Shown: positions 49,213 to 58,568 of the stretch, piece after piece
Numbering within the stretch: position 1 is the first letter of the stretch
Layout: every line of letters begins with the position of its first letter
Origin: Polyangiales bacterium
Lineage (GTDB): Bacteria; Myxococcota_A; Polyangia; Polyangiales; Polyangiaceae
Length of the DNA: 64,000 bases
Assembly: GCA_038231275.1 (NCBI GenBank)
Contig: JBBRLQ010000016.1
Span: 128,001 to 192,000, forward strand
Reading direction: 5' to 3'
Made by a program: the position numbers and the translations under genes
Notes under the pieces: generated by a model
Databases searched by the model: none
What the model was told of the DNA's origin: nothing
What the model saw: the letters and a program-made list of their open reading frames with translations, nothing else

Positions 49213-49665
49213 TCAATCGACCGGGTACGGAACGGCGGGCAGGAACTTCACGGCGAGTCCCGACAAGTGCGTCGGCTCGCCCTGCGCCTCCCCGTGGTGG
49301 AACTCGACGCCGACGACAGCGTCCGCGCCGAGGCGTGCGGCCTTCGTCTGGAGCGCATGGAGCGCGCCGTCGTGCTTGCCCATCTCTTCGTGCGCGTCGA
49401 CGACCCCGACGACCTGTGCAGGGCGATCGAGGTGCGTCGATTGGAGGATCAAGACGCGCGACGGATCGCCAGCGGCGCGGCCGGCGTTGGACGGCGAGCT
49501 CGCCTCGCTCCCCTGCATGTGTCCCGTCGTTTGGTAGACGGTCACCGGATACGACAGGTTCTGCGAGTACGAGTACGACGACTGGGGGTGAAACTCCGGG
49601 TGGTACTCGCTCTGACACGCCGCCAGCGGCAACGAGAGGAGAGCGGTCAGGAGGAGCTGCTTCAC
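49213..49665 (-). CDS. Lipoprotein with one YbjQ-like domain
   Basis: Lipobox LAAC; LQTKAARLGADAVVGVEFHHGE..GEPTHLSGLAV; GTG start with GGGAG RBS. Confidence 0.75.
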   Translation of the reverse strand: MKQLLLTALLSLPLAACQSEYHPEFHPQSSYSYSQNLSYPVTVYQTTGHMQGSEASSPSNAGRAAGDPSRVLILQSTHLDRPAQVVGVVDAHEEMGKHDGALHALQTKAARLGADAVVGVEFHHGEAQGEPTHLSGLAVKFLPAVPYPVD

Positions 49666-49872
49666 GATGGCCACTCCCGGTCCCCTCTTCACGCGCCATG
49701 CCACGCGTCGCGCACGCGCAACTCCGCTGGCGTGCGCGGCGCGGAGAGGATCGAGCGGGACAAGACGCGTCGCACGCGGGCGTCGACTCAGGCGCCGAGG
49801 TCGTCACGCGGCTCACCGAGCGCGTCGAAGCGCCTAATTTCGGCTGGCACGTCGCGTGGAAGAGCCGTCGGC

Positions 49873-50262
49873 ATGCGAACAGGTACACGCCACGCCACGA
49901 ACGCCTTCCTCGCGGTCTTGCTGCTCGCGCTCACCACGGCGGGCGGCCTCTTCCTCGACGCCGGCGACGATTTCGGAAAGCTCGCCCCCGCCCGGCGCGA
50001 GCTCGCCGTGTCCGATGGGCGCTTCGAAGCATGGTCGCTTCAGCTCGCGCCGGTGGAAGCCGACGCGCCTCCCCCGACTCCCGCCCCACCCACGCCCCGC
50101 GCGCCGAAGCGACACGCGCGCCGCCCTCGTCTGGCGAGGCTTCCGCCGTTGCCGCCGTTGCCGCCGGTAGGGCGCGTAGAGAGCGATGGGCCCAAGGTGC
50201 CTTCCATCAACCCCGGCGTGACGGCCGCGGTTGGGTCGCCGGGGGTGACCGCGCGACCGTAG
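49873..50262 (+). CDS. Hypothetical protein (TM plus Pro-rich)
   Basis: N-terminal hydrophobic helix and Pro-rich tail; weak support. Confidence 0.45.
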   Translation: MRTGTRHATNAFLAVLLLALTTAGGLFLDAGDDFGKLAPARRELAVSDGRFEAWSLQLAPVEADAPPPTPAPPTPRAPKRHARRPRLARLPPLPPLPPVGRVESDGPKVPSINPGVTAAVGSPGVTARP

Positions 50263-50279
50263 AGGCCTATTCTGACGCC

Positions 50280-50594
50280 ATGCGAACGCTCGGAGCTCCT
50301 GCGTGTGTGGCGATGCTGATGGTGAGCGCCGCCGGGTGCGCGACGGTGACGACGGCGCCCGAGGCTTCACGTCCCCAGCAAGTCGAGCTGCTTCGCGGCG
50401 CGAAGATCGAGGTGAGCGACGCCATCAAAGCGGCGACCACGAAGGCTCCCGGACGCGTGCTCGACACCGAGCTGCGCGCGAAGGGAGGCCACACGGTCTG
50501 GGAGGTCGACGTCCTTACGGCCGACGGGAAGGTCGTCGAGGTCGACGTCGACGCCACCTCGGGCCAGGCGGTGGACTCGGAAGAGCATCGCTGA
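50280..50594 (+). CDS. PepSY domain lipoprotein
   Basis: AKIEVSDAIKAA...PGRVLDTEL...WEVDV...EVDVDATSGQ. Confidence 0.88.
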   Translation: MRTLGAPACVAMLMVSAAGCATVTTAPEASRPQQVELLRGAKIEVSDAIKAATTKAPGRVLDTELRAKGGHTVWEVDVLTADGKVVEVDVDATSGQAVDSEEHR

Positions 50595-50595
50595 G

Positions 50596-51414
50596 ATGCG
50601 CCTCGCGCAGACTCTGATCGCCCTCGCGGTGCTCGTCGTGGGGTGCAAGGGGAGCGAGAGCGCGGGGAAGCCGGCGACGCCAAGCGCGTCGGCTCCTGCC
50701 TCGAGCGCAACGGCGAGCACGAGCGCGAACGCGAACGCGATGGCGGCGACGTCCGCGAGCGCGATCGCCAGCGGGGACGCCGGCGCGAGGATCGCGCGCA
50801 CGACGGGCGGAGTCGCCGGAGCGGCCGAGACGCGCTTCGTCTTCGACGCGGACGCGGCCGGCGCGGCTCCGGCAGGCTTCACGTCGCTTCGAACGGGGAG
50901 CGGGCGCGTGGGGAGTTGGATCGTGCGCGCCGAAGGAGATGGCCCCGGCGCGCCGATGATCCTCGCGCAGACGGACGCGGATCCCACCGACAATCGCTTC
51001 CCGATGCTCCTCGCCGACGCGCCCGTCCTCGCGGACGTCCAGGTGTCCGTCCGATGCAAACCCGTGTCGGGGAAGGTCGACCAAGCGTGCGGCGTCGTGT
51101 GCCGCGCGAAGGGCGCCGACGACTACTACCTCGCGCGCGCAAACGCGCTCGAGGGCAACGTCCGCCTCTACGTGGTCGAGCACGGCAAGCGCCGCCAGCT
51201 CGAAAGCTACTCGGGCGCAGTCACGGGTGGGCAGTGGCACAAGCTCGCGCTCTGGTGCCACGGCGCCGGGCTCAGCGTCTACTGGGACGAGGCGCGGGTG
51301 CTGCGACAGGCCGACAAGACGTTCACCGAAGCCGGCAAGGTCGGGCTTTGGACCAAGGCAGACTCGGTCACCTACTTCGACGCCCTCGTCGTTCGCGAGA
51401 TGTCGAACATGTAG
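50596..51414 (+). CDS. Lipoprotein with ConA-like (DUF1080-like) domain
   Basis: Lipobox VVGC; DQACGVV.R..DDYYLARANALEGNV, GKVGLWTKADSVTYFD. Confidence 0.75.
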   Translation: MRLAQTLIALAVLVVGCKGSESAGKPATPSASAPASSATASTSANANAMAATSASAIASGDAGARIARTTGGVAGAAETRFVFDADAAGAAPAGFTSLRTGSGRVGSWIVRAEGDGPGAPMILAQTDADPTDNRFPMLLADAPVLADVQVSVRCKPVSGKVDQACGVVCRAKGADDYYLARANALEGNVRLYVVEHGKRRQLESYSGAVTGGQWHKLALWCHGAGLSVYWDEARVLRQADKTFTEAGKVGLWTKADSVTYFDALVVREMSNM

Positions 51415-51615
51415 CGCTCCGGGCCCCGGCGGCCGTCGTCGGTCGCCCACGTGGGCATGTAAACGACGACCCAGTCCAAGTGAACATGACCGTCCACAGC
51501 GCGTGCCTCGCCACGCCTCGCGAGGCGCGAACGGATGACGCCCGGAGGATCCACTCCACCTCGTGAGGTGTTGAATCCCTTGACTGACCCGGATGCGTGA
51601 ACTAACCGCCGTCCC

Positions 51616-52629
51616 GTGGGATCTCGCGCCGCGTCGTCCCTCGCGCTGGCCTGCTTCGTCGTCGTGAGCGCCGCAACGACCGACGCGCGCGCCGACGGCG
51701 ACGACGTCGCCCTCGACTGGGTCGCGCCCTCCGAGTGCGCGACCGGCGCGCACGTTGCTGCAGAAATCGCGCGCCTTCGTGCGGGGCCACCACGCGTGCG
51801 GGTTCGAGCACACGCGCGCATCACGCGCGACGCGAACGCGTGGTCGTTGGAGCTGACGACGGAGATCGACGGCGCCGAGCACAAGCGCGCATTCCAGGCG
51901 GCGACCTGCGGAGAGCTCTCGGACGCGGCGGCGACGGTGCTCGCGCTCGAAACCGCGGGCGAGCCGACCCCAACCCCGACCCCGACCCCGACCCCAACTC
52001 CGACGCCGACGCCGACCCCGACCCCGACCCCGACTCCGACTCCGACCCCGACGCCGACGCCGACGCCGACCCCGACTCCGACGCCGACTCCGACTCCGAC
52101 GCCGACCCCGACGCCGACTCGTCCCTTTGCTGCGGGGGTTGGCGTCGTTGGAACGGGAGGCGCGGTCGGTCCCTTCGCGCTCGGCGCCGCAATCGTGGGA
52201 GCGTGGACGCCGGGCCACGAGCGTGCGGAAATCATGGCCTCGTACAGCCCCCCGACCCGTGTAGATCGCACCGATCTCTCCATCGGCGGCAACTTCAGCC
52301 TCCTCCTCTTCGGCGTCGCGGCGTGCCACGTCTTCGGAGACGGCGTCTTCCGCGCGGGGCCGTGCGCCGGGATCGAAGCTGGGCGGATCGGCGCGGTGGG
52401 CGTCGGCAACGCAGTGCAGACTCCGGAGCCGACGGGCGGCGCATGGGTCGCGCCGAAAGCGTCGGCCCTCGCGCTGGTCTCGCTGGGGCGCTTCGCGCTC
52501 CGAATCGAAGGAGGCGCCGTCATCCCGCTCGTTCGAAATACCTTCACGATTACAGGGGTCGACCAGGTTTACCGCCCCGCCGCAGTGGTTGCCAGAGGGG
52601 GATTCGGCGTCGAGGTCGCGTTTCCGTGA
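51616..52629 (+). CDS. Secreted protein: N-terminal Cys-pair domain, Pro-Thr linker, putative OM beta-barrel (ECF module 2, gene 1)
   Basis: Paralog of 7406-8437: WVAPSEC, TCGELSDA, (PT)n, terminal GFGVEVAF. Confidence 0.72.
   Translation: MGSRAASSLALACFVVVSAATTDARADGDDVALDWVAPSECATGAHVAAEIARLRAGPPRVRVRAHARITRDANAWSLELTTEIDGAEHKRAFQAATCGELSDAAATVLALETAGEPTPTPTPTPTPTPTPTPTPTPTPTPTPTPTPTPTPTPTPTPTPTPTPTPTPTRPFAAGVGVVGTGGAVGPFALGAAIVGAWTPGHERAEIMASYSPPTRVDRTDLSIGGNFSLLLFGVAACHVFGDGVFRAGPCAGIEAGRIGAVGVGNAVQTPEPTGGAWVAPKASALALVSLGRFALRIEGGAVIPLVRNTFTITGVDQVYRPAAVVARGGFGVEVAFP
51964..52119 (+). repeat. Hexamer tandem repeat encoding (PT)n
   Basis: ccgacc/ccgact/ccgacg units. Confidence 0.95.
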
Positions 52630-52685
52630 CGACAATCGTTCCGCCGGCCACTCAACGAGAGTTGGGACCTTCGCTTTCCCCATCC

Positions 52686-53285
52686 ATGACCCTTCGCTTG
52701 GTAGACGCCCCCAACGTCCGAGATGCGGCGCACGAGACGGCCGACGGCGTCGTCGCATTTGCAGATCTGTACGACGCGCACGCCAGCTTCGTCTTTCGCG
52801 TCGTCCTTCGCCTCGGCGTAGGGCGCGACGCCGTCGAAGACGTCGTGCAGGAGATCTTCCTCGTCGTTCATCGTCGGCTCGAAGAGTTCGAGCAGCGTTC
52901 GAAGATCCGCACGTGGATCTACGGAATCGCCGTTCGCGTGGCGCGCACGTATCGGCGAACGCTGGCGCGGAAGCACTTGAATCCCGAGAATGGCCGCGAA
53001 GAGCTCGAATCGCACGTGTTGGCGGACGACGCGACGCGCGCGCCGGATGCAGTGCTCGAAAAGGCGCAGGCGGCCGAGCTCGTCGTGACGATCCTGGAAG
53101 AGCTCGACGACGAGCTGCGTGAAGTGTTCGTTCTCGCGGAGCTCGAAGAAATGACGGCGATCGAGATGGGCGAGGTGCTCGGCGTGAGCGCGAACACGGT
53201 GGCATCGCGCTTGCGATTGGCGCGACGCGATTTCGATCGCGCGCTCACCCGAGCGCGTGCCCGCGACGAATGGAGGATGCGGTGA
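52686..53285 (+). CDS. ECF sigma-70 family factor
   Basis: LYDAHASFVFRVVLRLGV..VEDVVQEIFL..RTWIYGIA; LREVFVLAELEEMT..TVASRLRLAR; alternative GTG start at 52626 overlaps upstream stop. Confidence 0.95.
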   Translation: MTLRLVDAPNVRDAAHETADGVVAFADLYDAHASFVFRVVLRLGVGRDAVEDVVQEIFLVVHRRLEEFEQRSKIRTWIYGIAVRVARTYRRTLARKHLNPENGREELESHVLADDATRAPDAVLEKAQAAELVVTILEELDDELREVFVLAELEEMTAIEMGEVLGVSANTVASRLRLARRDFDRALTRARARDEWRMR

Positions 53286-54145
53286 GCGATCTGAGCCGAG
53301 AGGCCCGCGCCCTGCTCTCGCGCGCAAAGAGCTCCGATCACGGCCTCCCCGACGCCGCGTCGCTCGCGCGCACGCGAGGCAGCGTCCTGCGTCGTGCGGG
53401 AATGGGCGCCGCGGCGGGCGTAGCGACCGCGGCCGCGAGCACGGCGACGAAGGCGGCCCCCGTCCTCGTCGCAGCAGGCGCGACGGGAGTGTCTGTTTCG
53501 GTGACTGCGAAGGTCGTGCTCCTCGCGGCGCTCCTGACGGGCGGCGCGGTGGCCGCCGTATCGATTCCGAGCGCTCCGACGCCGAGCGCGCGGGTGGCGG
53601 TCGCAGTGGCTCCACACGGGCCAAGCCGAGCGCCCGAGTCGAAGCAAACGGCCGCACCGCCGCCGGTGGCGACTCCGAGCCCGACTCCGACGCCGACTCC
53701 GACGCCGACTCCGACGCCGACGCCGGCTCCGACTCCGGCTCCGACTCCGGCTCCGACTCCGGCTCCGACTCCGGCTCCGACTCCGGCTCCGACTCCGACG
53801 CCGACTCCCGTTCCGCCCGCGTCTCCGGTTTTTTCGACGGCGTCCGATCCGGCGCCTCTTCCGCCGCCCCCGCCCCCTCTTCCGGGCCTGTCGTCGGACA
53901 TCGCGCACCTTCGCGCGTCGCAAGCCGCGCTCGCGGCCGGAGACGCGCGAACGGCGGAGCACGAAGCGGCGCGCGTGTCAGCGACTGGGCCGCTCGCAGA
54001 AGAGCGTGACGGCATGCTCACCCTCGCGGGGTGCGCTCTAGGAAGCGACGCAGAGGCCGCGCGCCAGGGGACGGATTTCGTGCAGAGGCATCCGTCGTCC
54101 GCGCTCGTGCCGCGCGTGCGTTCGGCGTGCGGCAATTCGATTTGA
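53282..54145 (+). CDS. Putative anti-sigma factor (TM, PT/PA linker, TPR-like C-terminus)
   Basis: GTGA overlap with sigma; ends [18 protein letters not shown], paralogous to 9112-9927. Confidence 0.75.
   Translation: MSDLSREARALLSRAKSSDHGLPDAASLARTRGSVLRRAGMGAAAGVATAAASTATKAAPVLVAAGATGVSVSVTAKVVLLAALLTGGAVAAVSIPSAPTPSARVAVAVAPHGPSRAPESKQTAAPPPVATPSPTPTPTPTPTPTPTPAPTPAPTPAPTPAPTPAPTPAPTPTPTPVPPASPVFSTASDPAPLPPPPPPLPGLSSDIAHLRASQAALAAGDARTAEHEAARVSATGPLAEERDGMLTLAGCALGSDAEAARQGTDFVQRHPSSALVPRVRSACGNSI
53670..53810 (+). repeat. Tandem 6/12-bp repeat encoding (PT)n(PAPT)n
   Basis: ccgactccgacg and ccgactccggct units. Confidence 0.95.
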
Positions 54146-54191
54146 TCACGAAACGGCGCGTAGCGGTCACCCACGTGACGAAGAGGTGATC

Positions 54192-54872
54192 ATGACCATC
54201 CGAGCTTTTCATCGCGTATTCTTGACGGCCGCCGCAACCGCAGCGGTGCTCGTGGCGTGCGGAGGCGACATCGCCATTGGTTCTTCGCAGAACCCGCTCG
54301 TCGGCGACGCGTGCGCCGTCTCCGAATGCGGAGCTACGCCGTTCACGTGCAGCAACGGCGCGGCCACCGACGTCGCATGTACGCGTCATCAAGGCGCATG
54401 CACGTGGTCGGGGAAATGCCCCGGCGATTGTCCACCCGCGAAGTGCGCGGACGAAGCCGTGGGATGCGCAGGCAGCTCCGCGGACGGCGGGCCTATCACT
54501 CCGCTTTTCCCGACCAACTTGCGTTGCGCCCCCAGCGCGTTCCGCGGCGTCGGCTCGGCGCCCGCCGATCAGTGCGAGATCCTCTTCGAATGCGCGCCGA
54601 AGCCCGTCGTCACGTGCGCGGCATCGGCATGCGCGAACCAAGGTTTCGCGTGTTTGACGGGGCCCGCAACGAACCTGCGATGCGTGCCCGATCCGAACGC
54701 CGGTGTAGGGTCCAACCCGGTGGGCGCCTGCCTGCTCCTCGGCGATTGCCCGTCGGGCAACGATGCGTCCGCGGGACCCCCGACGCCACCACCGACGTCA
54801 GCGCGGGAAACGGCAACGACGCCTCCGTCGACGCCGGACGCTGACTGGAGCGAAGCGCTGCGGTCGCTGTGA
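54192..54872 (+). CDS. Cys-rich lipoprotein with three internal repeats (ECF module 2, gene 4); probable frameshift near 3' end
   Basis: Lipobox LVAC-GGDIAIGS; three six-Cys repeats, two with TNLRC.P...GVGS.P. Confidence 0.8.
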   Translation: MTIRAFHRVFLTAAATAAVLVACGGDIAIGSSQNPLVGDACAVSECGATPFTCSNGAATDVACTRHQGACTWSGKCPGDCPPAKCADEAVGCAGSSADGGPITPLFPTNLRCAPSAFRGVGSAPADQCEILFECAPKPVVTCAASACANQGFACLTGPATNLRCVPDPNAGVGSNPVGACLLLGDCPSGNDASAGPPTPPPTSARETATTPPSTPDADWSEALRSL

Positions 54873-54880
54873 CCGCGTAC

Positions 54881-55318
54881 TCAGTGCGATCCGACGAGCG
54901 CAGTCGCGATGAACAGGGCCGAACAAATCCACACGGCCGCGGCGGTGATCACGAGCGAGATCCTCACCGCGGGGCGCTGCAGGAATGGGGTCGACGGGAA
55001 GACGGACCGATACACGACCGATGCCTCGGGCTCGGGCGACTCCACTGCGAGCCAGAACTCGTCGAAGCGGCGCTGCGACTCCTGGTCGCGCGGCGGAGCG
55101 ACCGTGACGCGGACATGGATCTCGGTGAGGGCCGCGTCGTTTTCGTCGTCGGCGAAGAGGTCTTGCGTTCCCGCGGCCATGGCGCCGGTCGAATCCGGCA
55201 CGAGCTCGAGGTGCGGCCGCGCGCGCCAGGACACGCTCGACGCAGCGGCGTCCACGTCGACGATTTCGAGGGGGAAACGTGGAAGAACCTTGCGAGAATC
55301 GTCGGCGGTAGCGGGCAC
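54881..55318 (-). CDS. Hypothetical protein with C-terminal TM helix
   Basis: Acidic low-complexity region then ISLVITAAAVWICSALFIATALV; start uncertain. Confidence 0.5.
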   Translation of the reverse strand: MPATADDSRKVLPRFPLEIVDVDAAASSVSWRARPHLELVPDSTGAMAAGTQDLFADDENDAALTEIHVRVTVAPPRDQESQRRFDEFWLAVESPEPEASVVYRSVFPSTPFLQRPAVRISLVITAAAVWICSALFIATALVGSH

Positions 55319-55474
55319 GGGCAGACCTTTCGTGGCGGTGGCGGCGCCAGTGTTCCTCAGAATCGGCAACCTGCAAGCCCAGGCGACGCTTTTTCTCCGT
55401 CTCTTTGCGCAATCGCGCGCAACGGGGACCGCCAAACCCGTCTCGAGAGGCGCTTTTCGTCCTGACGGCTGCGC

Positions 55475-56092
55475 TTACCCCAGACCGTGCTCTTTCGCGA
55501 TCGCCGCGTTCTTCGCGTCGCCTCGCTGCGCCGCCGGCCGCGCTCCGAGTCGCTCGGCGTATTCCCCGAGGGTGGGGCTCGGCTCGAGCATCTTGAAGCG
55601 CAACATGAAGCGGAGCGTCCCGCCGAAGATGCAGTCGGCCATCGAGAAGCGGTCGCCCAGGACGAAGGTCCGTCCTGCGATCGCGCTCTCCATCGCGCCG
55701 ACCATGCTCTCATACGTGCCCCATCCGACCTGGCCGGGCTTGAACTGCCCGCCGGAGCTCTTGGCCGACATCGCCGGCTCGATGACCGACGGCGCGAAGA
55801 GCGACCAGCGCAGATAAGGACCCCGCTCCGGATCGTCAGGCGCCGGCGCCAGCTTCCCGAGCGCGTACCGGTCAGCGAGGTAGAGCCCGATGGCCGCCGA
55901 CTCGGTCACGACGACATCGCCGTCGCGCAAGATGGGGACCTTCCCCATCGGGTTCAGCGCGAGGACCTCCGGAGACTTCTGCGCGTTCTTCATGAGGTCG
56001 ACGAAGGCCAGCTCGTAGGGAGCCCCGACCTCCTCGAGCATCCAGAGCGTGTTGGCGGCGCGCGAGTAGGGGTGGTGGTACAGCGTGATCAT
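55475..56092 (-). CDS. Glutathione S-transferase
   Basis: TLYHHPYSRA, LNPMGKVP, TESAAIGLYLAD, LGDRFSMADC. Confidence 0.95.
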   Translation of the reverse strand: MITLYHHPYSRAANTLWMLEEVGAPYELAFVDLMKNAQKSPEVLALNPMGKVPILRDGDVVVTESAAIGLYLADRYALGKLAPAPDDPERGPYLRWSLFAPSVIEPAMSAKSSGGQFKPGQVGWGTYESMVGAMESAIAGRTFVLGDRFSMADCIFGGTLRFMLRFKMLEPSPTLGEYAERLGARPAAQRGDAKNAAIAKEHGLG

Positions 56093-56120
56093 CCGGTTCA
56101 TCCTCCTCGCGGGAGATTAC

Positions 56121-56597
56121 TCAGCCGCGGCGTGCTGCGTCGATCGCCGCGACGTCGATCTTGCGCATCGTCATCATCGCCGAAAACGCGCGTTTGGCCT
56201 CGGCGCCCCCGGCGGCGAGCGCGTCCGTGAGCGTTCGCGGGGTGATTTGCCAGGAAAGGCCCCAGCGGTCCTTGCACCATCCGCACGCGCTCTCTTGCCC
56301 ACCATTGCCGACGATCGCGTTCCAGTAGCGATCGGTCTCGGCTTGGTCGTCCGTCGCGATCTGGAAGGAGAACGCCTCGGTCTGCTTGAACTGCGGGCCG
56401 CCGTTGATACCCATACAAGGAATGCCGAGGACGGTGAACTCCACCGTGAGCACGTCGCCTTCCTTGCCGCTCGGGAAGTCGCCGGGTGCCTTGTGAACGG
56501 CGGTGACCTCACTCTTCGGGAAGGTCGCGGCGTAGAAGCGCGCCGCGTCGTGGGCGTCTTTGTCGAACCACAGGCAGATGGTGTTCTTCGGCGTCAT
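56121..56597 (-). CDS. VOC family protein (PhnB/3-demethylubiquinone-9 3-methyltransferase-like)
   Basis: ICLWFD..A.DAARFYA..FP, GINGGP.F, CGWCKDRWGLSWQI, MRKIDVA. Confidence 0.92.
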   Translation of the reverse strand: MTPKNTICLWFDKDAHDAARFYAATFPKSEVTAVHKAPGDFPSGKEGDVLTVEFTVLGIPCMGINGGPQFKQTEAFSFQIATDDQAETDRYWNAIVGNGGQESACGWCKDRWGLSWQITPRTLTDALAAGGAEAKRAFSAMMTMRKIDVAAIDAARRG

Positions 56598-56702
56598 CGT
56601 GGTGGGCTCCTCGTGCTCCGATTGGCGTGAAGACGCGGGAGCGTACTTCGAATCACGTGCCCAAGCCGAGCGCGATGAGTCCCCGTCGCGCGCGATGGGG
56701 AA

Positions 56703-57166
56703 ATGCGGCAGATCCATTCGGATTGGTGCGCCCCCGCGTCCGGGCAGACGACCATCTCGGCGTTCGACTCGACGCCGCCGAGCCAAGCGACGATCGCGGC
56801 CGCGATGCACACCAACCACGGCACCACCCTCCCGAACGTCGTGCCCGCGCTCAACCACTTCCAGCACAAGAACGCGTACATCCTGTCGACGGTGTCGAGC
56901 ACGAGCGGCCTCTTCAACCTGGTTCACTACAACACGGACTTCCGCACGCTCCGCTCGTCGCAGGCGTGCGCGGCAAATACCTCCCCACCTGGGCGGCGCA
57001 CGGCTTCGACGGCTACCACGCGATCGCGCCGGACGGCTGGATCCAAAGCGGCAGTCGCTACTGGATCCGGGATCCGCTCCAGGTCTCATGGCGCGGCGCG
57101 CACGCGTTCCCCGCCTCGACGGTCATGACCGTGGTGCCAGGGTTCACGTCGCAGGTCGTCCGGTAA
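56703..57166 (+). pseudogene. Frameshifted C39-like cysteine peptidase
   Basis: Q..SDWCAPAS and PSQATIA in one frame; APLVAGV..GYHAIA..G..YWIRDP in the other; shift near 56935-56948. Confidence 0.6.
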
Positions 57167-57239
57167 CGAAGATAGAAAAAGAGAGCGCGGCGCGCAGGAA
57201 TCCGCGAAATTCGGCGCCGCAAGTGTCTACGCTTCTAGG

Positions 57240-58439
57240 ATGACCGACGGCGGGCCGATCGATCCCGAGCTCAGCGCGAAGAACGCGCGGCTTCGCTACG
57301 TGAGCGACGACCGACCGGGGCTCTCGCGCGAGCGGATCGGGACGAGCAACGACTTCAGGTACCTCACGGCCAGCGGCGACGAGATCGACGACGAGGCGAC
57401 GCTGGCCCGCATACGCTCGCTCGCCATTCCCCCGGCGTGGGAGAAGGTCTGGATCTGCCCGCTCACCAACGGCCACATTCAGGCCACCGGCCGCGACGCC
57501 AAGGGCCGAAAACAATACCGCTACCACTCGCGGTGGCACGCGGTCCGCGACGTCACGAAGTATGCACGCATGATCGACTTCGCGACGTCGTTGCCAAAGA
57601 CGCGCGCGGCGATCGAGGTTCATCTCCAGCGGCCTGGGCTACCGCGAGAGAAGGTGCTGGCCACGATCGTCCGGCTGCTCGAGGTGACGTGCATCCGCGT
57701 GGGGAACGAGGAGTACGCGCGCAAGAATCGCTCGTACGGCCTGACGACGCTGCGCAATCGTCACGTCGACGTCTCGGGGAGCTCGGTGCGCTTTCGGTTC
57801 CGCGGCAAGAGCGGCCAGGCGCACGTCATTCGGATGAAGGACCGGCGCCTCGCGCGGATCGTCGCGCGGTGCAGCGAGCTGCCGGGCCACGAGCTCTTTC
57901 AATACATCGACGACGAAGGCGTGACGTGCACGGTGGAGTCGTCGGACGTGAACGCGTACATCAAGGAGATCTCCGGCGGCGACTTCACCGCGAAGGATTT
58001 CCGCACCTGGGTGGGGACGGTGAGCGCGGTGCGGGCGCTCCGCGAGCAGGCGCCCGCGGCGTCGGGGAACGACGTGAACAAGCAGCTCGTCGCCGCCGTG
58101 AAGCTCGTCGCCGATCGCCTCGGGAACACGGCGGCCGTCTGCCGAAAATCGTACATCCACCCTGCGGTCATCGACGCGTGGGTCAACAGAGGCGGCTCCG
58201 ACTCGATCTTCCCACCGCCCCCGAGCTCGCTGATTGACGCGAGCCCGCCGACGACGGCGAGCCGCGTCGCCGGCGAGCTCGTCGTGAACGTGAACACGCC
58301 GGAGGACGACCTCGACGCCGACGAGCTCGCGACGCTCAGGTTCCTCCAGAAGAACCCAAGCGACGAGGACGAGGCCCGCGCGCTGCGCCGCAAGCTCTTG
58401 AAGAGCATCTCGGCGGCCCGTGAAAAGAAGGCCTCCTGA
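57240..58439 (+). CDS. DNA topoisomerase IB (bacterial/poxvirus type)
   Basis: LAIPPAW, HIQATGRDAKGRKQYRYH, IRVGNEEY, FRGKSG, KDFRTW, LGNTAAVCRKSYIHP. Confidence 0.95.
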   Translation: MTDGGPIDPELSAKNARLRYVSDDRPGLSRERIGTSNDFRYLTASGDEIDDEATLARIRSLAIPPAWEKVWICPLTNGHIQATGRDAKGRKQYRYHSRWHAVRDVTKYARMIDFATSLPKTRAAIEVHLQRPGLPREKVLATIVRLLEVTCIRVGNEEYARKNRSYGLTTLRNRHVDVSGSSVRFRFRGKSGQAHVIRMKDRRLARIVARCSELPGHELFQYIDDEGVTCTVESSDVNAYIKEISGGDFTAKDFRTWVGTVSAVRALREQAPAASGNDVNKQLVAAVKLVADRLGNTAAVCRKSYIHPAVIDAWVNRGGSDSIFPPPPSSLIDASPPTTASRVAGELVVNVNTPEDDLDADELATLRFLQKNPSDEDEARALRRKLLKSISAAREKKAS

Positions 58440-58568
58440 CTGCGGCGCGGCGACGGCTGCCGGAGCTGGCCCACGCAAATCCCCGCCTCGCGCAGCCGTT
58501 GAGACCAACCGATGGTGGCTCCGCCGAGCTCCAGCCGCCGCGATCCGCTCGAAGCGGGTACGTTCCGC

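Noticed and set aside
51372..52547. Antisense ORFs with (GV)n, (RS/RG)n or (DS/DP)n runs here and at 7082-7939, 17957-18577, 53338-54174
   Set aside because: They are shadow frames of the Pro-Thr hexamer repeats in real genes
50515..53205. Many long Arg/Ala-rich ORFs (e.g. 896 aa, 751 aa, 727 aa) overlapping called genes
   Set aside because: Expected stop-poor alternative frames in high-GC DNA; no motifs and wrong codon position bias
57240..58439. Tyrosine recombinase/integrase marking a mobile element
   Set aside because: Motifs are specific to TopIB; no att repeats, tRNA or mobility genes nearby
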